Assembly (NCBI GenBank): GCA_002441245.1
Contig: DJVP01000011.1
Location: forward strand, 193,722 to 257,721
Direction of reading: 5' to 3'
Length of the DNA: 64,000 bases
DNA from: Candidatus Omnitrophica bacterium UBA6253
GTDB lineage: Bacteria > Omnitrophota > Gorgyraeia > Gygaellales > Profunditerraquicolaceae
Shown: piece after piece, positions 61,082 through 64,000 of the stretch
How the letters are laid out: the number at the start of each line of letters is the position of its first letter
Numbering within the stretch: the first letter of the stretch is position 1
Position numbers and translations under genes: made by a program
Notes under the pieces: model-generated
Database searches by the model: none
Seen by the model: only the letters and a program-made list of their open reading frames with translations
Told to the model about the DNA's origin: nothing

Positions 61082-61549
61082 ATGCCCAAGGAATCAATTT
61101 TCAGTAAGATTATTAATTTTATTTTCGCCAAGTTATTTAAAATCAATGATTCCGCGCAAAAGATTGCCTTAGGGGTTGGCTTGGGCGTATTTTCAGGGCT
61201 TATCCCCGGAACCGGTCCGGCTGCAGCATTATTTTTGGCTTTTGTTTTCCGGGCTAACCGGGCTGCCGCTTTATTGGGAAGCATACTTACTAATACCTGG
61301 TTAAGCATCATAACCTTTATTATAGCGATAAAAGTTGGCTCTCTGGTATTTGGAAGGCATTGGCAGGAAGTTTACCAAAAGGTGCAAGCCTTAATCCATA
61401 ATTTTCATTGGGGAAATTTCTTTAAACTTTCTTTTTTAGATGTAGTTTTGCCGGTTGTTATTGGATATTTAATCATTGGTTTATTCCTAGGTTTGATTAG
61501 CTATCTGGTGGTCCTTCTAATAACCAGAAAAATGCTTCAGAGAAATTGA
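61082..61549 (+). CDS. DUF2062-like membrane protein
   Basis: 155 aa from MPKESIF; GLGVFSGLIPGTGP; track start 61001 overlaps the rSAM gene. Confidence 0.55.
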   Translation: MPKESIFSKIINFIFAKLFKINDSAQKIALGVGLGVFSGLIPGTGPAAALFLAFVFRANRAAALLGSILTNTWLSIITFIIAIKVGSLVFGRHWQEVYQKVQALIHNFHWGNFFKLSFLDVVLPVVIGYLIIGLFLGLISYLVVLLITRKMLQRN

Positions 61550-61560
61550 TATCAGTATAA

Positions 61561-61605
61561 AATTTTAAGGCCGGCATCCAAAAAGATGCCGGCCTTAATT
61601 TTCTT
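61561..61605. terminator. bidirectional Rho-independent terminator
   Basis: 12-bp stem AAGGCCGGCATC/GATGCCGGCCTT flanked by A- and T-tracts; between convergent genes. Confidence 0.75.
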
Positions 61606-61622
61606 TGTAAAGTTAACAGCTA

Positions 61623-61937
61623 TTAATCTCCGTAAACAGTTGTGGTATACTCTCCGTAAACGCCTAGGATATTTTTAGCATCATAATCCACATATTTAAT
61701 TATTCTGATATTGCCGTTTGCTGCCGCTGTTTTAATACTGCAATCTCCGGTAGCGACTAAACCTAAGACTGAGGTGGCTTTGGACACGCCAGTTTTACTG
61801 TAAGATATACCTCCATCGCCGGATGAAACTGGAGCTTTGACTTCGGTATAGATTATCCCGTAAGGATATGGGGTAGCGCAACCATTAAGCATTACTGCAA
61901 CGAATAAAATTAAGATTAAGAAACTTATCTTTTTCAT
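61623..61937 (-). CDS. TRL-like family lipoprotein
   Basis: 104 aa; lipobox LNGC; GLVATGDCSIKTAAANGNI...YTTTVYGD. Confidence 0.6.
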   Translation of the reverse strand: MKKISFLILILFVAVMLNGCATPYPYGIIYTEVKAPVSSGDGGISYSKTGVSKATSVLGLVATGDCSIKTAAANGNIRIIKYVDYDAKNILGVYGEYTTTVYGD

Positions 61938-62058
61938 ATTTACCTCCTCTCTGGAATAATTTTAGCAAAATAAGTTAATAATGCAAGCTTTTTTAAGCTT
62001 GCTAAAAATAAGATTAGGAGTTAAAATATGTACAAATTTAAAATTAAGGGAGGTTTTG

Positions 62059-62805
62059 ATGAAGAAGTTAGTTTTATTGCGCCATGGGGAAAGCACCTGG
62101 AATAGGGAAAATCGTTTTACCGGTTGGACTGATGTAGATTTGTCCGGTCAGGGCATACAAGAGGCAAAGAAGGCAGGAGAGGTGCTTAAGAAAGAAGGTT
62201 TTATTTTTGATCTGGCTTTTACTTCTGTGTTAAAAAGGGCTATCCGCACTCTTTGGTTGACGCTTGATGAAATGGATTTGATGTGGATACCGGTTTATAA
62301 CTCCTGGAGGCTCAATGAGAGGCATTATGGGGCCTTGCAGGGATTAAATAAATCCGAGACTGCGGCAAAATACGGCGAAGAGCAGGTTTTAATCTGGAGA
62401 AGAAGTTATGATGTGCCTCCCATGCCATTAGACAAGAATGACCTGCGTTATCCGGGCAATGATCCTCGCTACAGGGATCTTAAGGCAGGGGAACTTCCTC
62501 TTACTGAATGCTTAAAAGATACGGTGGAGCGTTTTCTGCCTTATTGGCATAAAACAATTGCCCCGGCTGTAAAAAGCGGTAAGCGGGTGATTATTGCCGC
62601 GCATGGTAACTCTCTGCGCGCCTTAGTTAAATATCTGGATAATATTTCAGAAGATAAAATAGTTAATTTAAACATTCCTACAGCTATGCCTCTGGTTTAT
62701 GAGTTAAGCGATAATTTAAAACCGATTAAAAGTTATTACCTGGGTGATCCCGAAGCAGTAAAGAGGGCTATGGATGCAGTGGCAAATCAGGGTAAGGCAA
62801 AATAA
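62059..62805 (+). CDS. gpmA: 2,3-bisphosphoglycerate-dependent phosphoglycerate mutase
   Basis: ATG 62059 ([15 protein letters not shown]) with GGAGG RBS; track start 61981 is less likely. Confidence 0.9.
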   Translation: MKKLVLLRHGESTWNRENRFTGWTDVDLSGQGIQEAKKAGEVLKKEGFIFDLAFTSVLKRAIRTLWLTLDEMDLMWIPVYNSWRLNERHYGALQGLNKSETAAKYGEEQVLIWRRSYDVPPMPLDKNDLRYPGNDPRYRDLKAGELPLTECLKDTVERFLPYWHKTIAPAVKSGKRVIIAAHGNSLRALVKYLDNISEDKIVNLNIPTAMPLVYELSDNLKPIKSYYLGDPEAVKRAMDAVANQGKAK

Positions 62806-62833
62806 ACCTGTTTGTCATTCAGAGGAGGTGTGT

Positions 62834-62959
62834 ATGGCGGTTGAGAAGATTGGGGAGAGATACAAGTGCAATGTTTGCGGAAATGAAATTATAGTAACCA
62901 AGGTTGGCGGAGGTGAATTAGTTTGTTGCGGTAAACCAATGGAAAAAATTGAAGGATAG
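62834..62959 (+). CDS. desulforedoxin-like small protein
   Basis: 41 aa [41 protein letters not shown] (CxxC...CC). Confidence 0.6.
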   Translation: MAVEKIGERYKCNVCGNEIIVTKVGGGELVCCGKPMEKIEG

Positions 62960-62976
62960 ATAAAAGGAGATATTCT

Positions 62977-63555
62977 ATGGGTAAATCAATTAAAGGCACA
63001 AAAACAGAACAGAATTTACTTAAAGCTTTTGCCGGTGAGTCACAGGCGCGCACCCGTTATACATATTTTTCCTCAGTTGCCAGGAAAGAAGGGCTGGTGC
63101 AGATATCTAATATTTTTATGGAAACTGCGGAAAACGAAAAAGAGCACGCCAAGGTATTTTTTAAATACCTGGAGGGCGGGGATGTAGAGATTACCGCATC
63201 TTATCCTGCCGGGATGATAAAGGAAACAAAGGCCAATTTAGAAGAAGCAGCGGCTGGTGAAAATATGGAATGGACCAGCCTCTATGCAGACTTTGCGAAG
63301 ATTGCAAAAGATGAAGGTTTTCTTGATATATCCCGTTCATTTGAGCAGATATCCAAGGTTGAGAGATTCCATGAATCCCGTTACCGAAAATTAATTAATA
63401 ATATTGTTAATGGAGAAGTATTTAAGAAGGGCTTAAGCATAAAGTGGCACTGTATTAATTGTGGTTATGTTTTTGAAGGCGCTGAAGCACCTGGAGAGTG
63501 TCCTTCTTGTAAGCATCCGCAGGCATTTTTTGAAGTTCTCGCCGAGAACTATTGA
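62977..63555 (+). CDS. rbr: rubrerythrin
   Basis: 192 aa; ferritin-like diiron plus C-terminal rubredoxin CxxC...CxxC. Confidence 0.9.
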   Translation: MGKSIKGTKTEQNLLKAFAGESQARTRYTYFSSVARKEGLVQISNIFMETAENEKEHAKVFFKYLEGGDVEITASYPAGMIKETKANLEEAAAGENMEWTSLYADFAKIAKDEGFLDISRSFEQISKVERFHESRYRKLINNIVNGEVFKKGLSIKWHCINCGYVFEGAEAPGECPSCKHPQAFFEVLAENY

Positions 63556-63568
63556 TTTTGAGAATAAA

Positions 63569-64000
63569 ATGTCTCAAAAGCTATCTTTTATTTTGTTTGG
63601 TTTTATATTATTCTTCCTGGGAATTAATGCGGAAGGAGGATTAAGTATGGAATTATCCAGTCCGGAATTTAAAAACAAATCATTTATCCCGCAGAAATTT
63701 ACTTGTCAGGGGAAGGGTGTAAACCCGGCGTTAATTATTGAAGGTATTCCCGATAAGGCCAAAAGCCTGGCTTTGATTATGGATGACCCTGATGCCATAG
63801 GAGGTAATTTTGTGCATTGGGTACTTTACAACATTCCTGTTACTAACTGCATAGAGGAAGACACTGTTCCCGGAAAACAAGGGCTTAATTCTCTAGGAAG
63901 GCTGGGGTATGCCAGCCCCTGCCCGCCGACAGGGGCGCACCGTTACTTTTTTAAGATATATGCTCTGGATGTAATATTGGATTATGGCGGAGGTTTGAAT
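63569..64000 (+). CDS. YbhB/YbcL-family PEBP protein (3' end beyond window)
   Basis: Signal peptide; GGNFVHWVLYNIP; GAHRYFFKIYALD. Confidence 0.75.
   Translation, partial: MSQKLSFILFGFILFFLGINAEGGLSMELSSPEFKNKSFIPQKFTCQGKGVNPALIIEGIPDKAKSLALIMDDPDAIGGNFVHWVLYNIPVTNCIEEDTVPGKQGLNSLGRLGYASPCPPTGAHRYFFKIYALDVILDYGGGLN

Overview
This 64 kb window looks like it comes from a low-GC, probably anaerobic bacterium, judging from rubrerythrin, desulforedoxin, AmmeMemoRadiSam and HD-GYP genes. The lineage is unknown; lysine-rich ribosomal-protein extensions and many type IV pilus, PilZ and ExeA-like genes are compatible with an uncultivated PVC/Omnitrophota-like group, but that is inference only.

Positions 1-19.7 kb are the conserved ribosomal str/S10/spc/alpha superoperon: end of rpoC, rpsL, rpsG, fusA, tuf, S10 through L17, with secY, adk, map, infA, rpmJ and rpoA. 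It has four oddities: a Cys4 zinc-ribbon L24; no L30 plus an N-terminally extended L15; structured hairpin elements in the unusually long rpsN-rpsH-rplF spacers; and an EF-Tu with a non-canonical switch I.

Positions 19.7-27.3 kb hold a metabolic operon: aminotransferase, LeuC-like, a pilT inserted between the large and small dehydratase subunits, LeuD-like, an NAD-IDH-like dehydrogenase, MDH, a dihydrolipoyl dehydrogenase (E3) and a stand-alone lipoyl-domain protein.

Positions 27.4-36.6 kb hold a GAF-HD-GYP protein, a glycolipid/envelope cluster (MGDG-synthase-like GT, LpxL-like acyltransferase, GT2, membrane protein) and a corrinoid cluster. The corrinoid cluster is cobO, a Dph6-like PP-loop ATPase, a small membrane protein, then a clear cobalamin riboswitch with an intrinsic terminator in front of a TonB-dependent receptor and a TonB-like gene.

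Positions 36.6-48.5 kb are housekeeping: rpsU, Memo, Trm112-like, aroQ, pepP, efp, accBC, Asp23/AmaP, pfk, gmhA/rfaE2, a frameshifted ThiE N-domain/thiE pair, thiC and a tRNA-Gly(CCC).

Positions 48.5-64 kb contain two tightly overlapping operons of unclear function:
- A nucleotide-hydrolase-rich operon: LysM-M23, an archaeal-type ATPase_2-like ATPase, a YfcE phosphoesterase, a HIT protein, a dGTPase-like HD protein and a second GAF-HD-GYP.
- A PilZ / TRASH-like zinc-ribbon / PilZ / DUF4416-like / radical-SAM / DUF2062-like operon, divergently arranged against exeA/gspB-like genes with back-to-back near-consensus promoters.

The window ends with gpmA, desulforedoxin, rubrerythrin and a PEBP gene. 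No CRISPR arrays, transposases or rRNA genes were seen.
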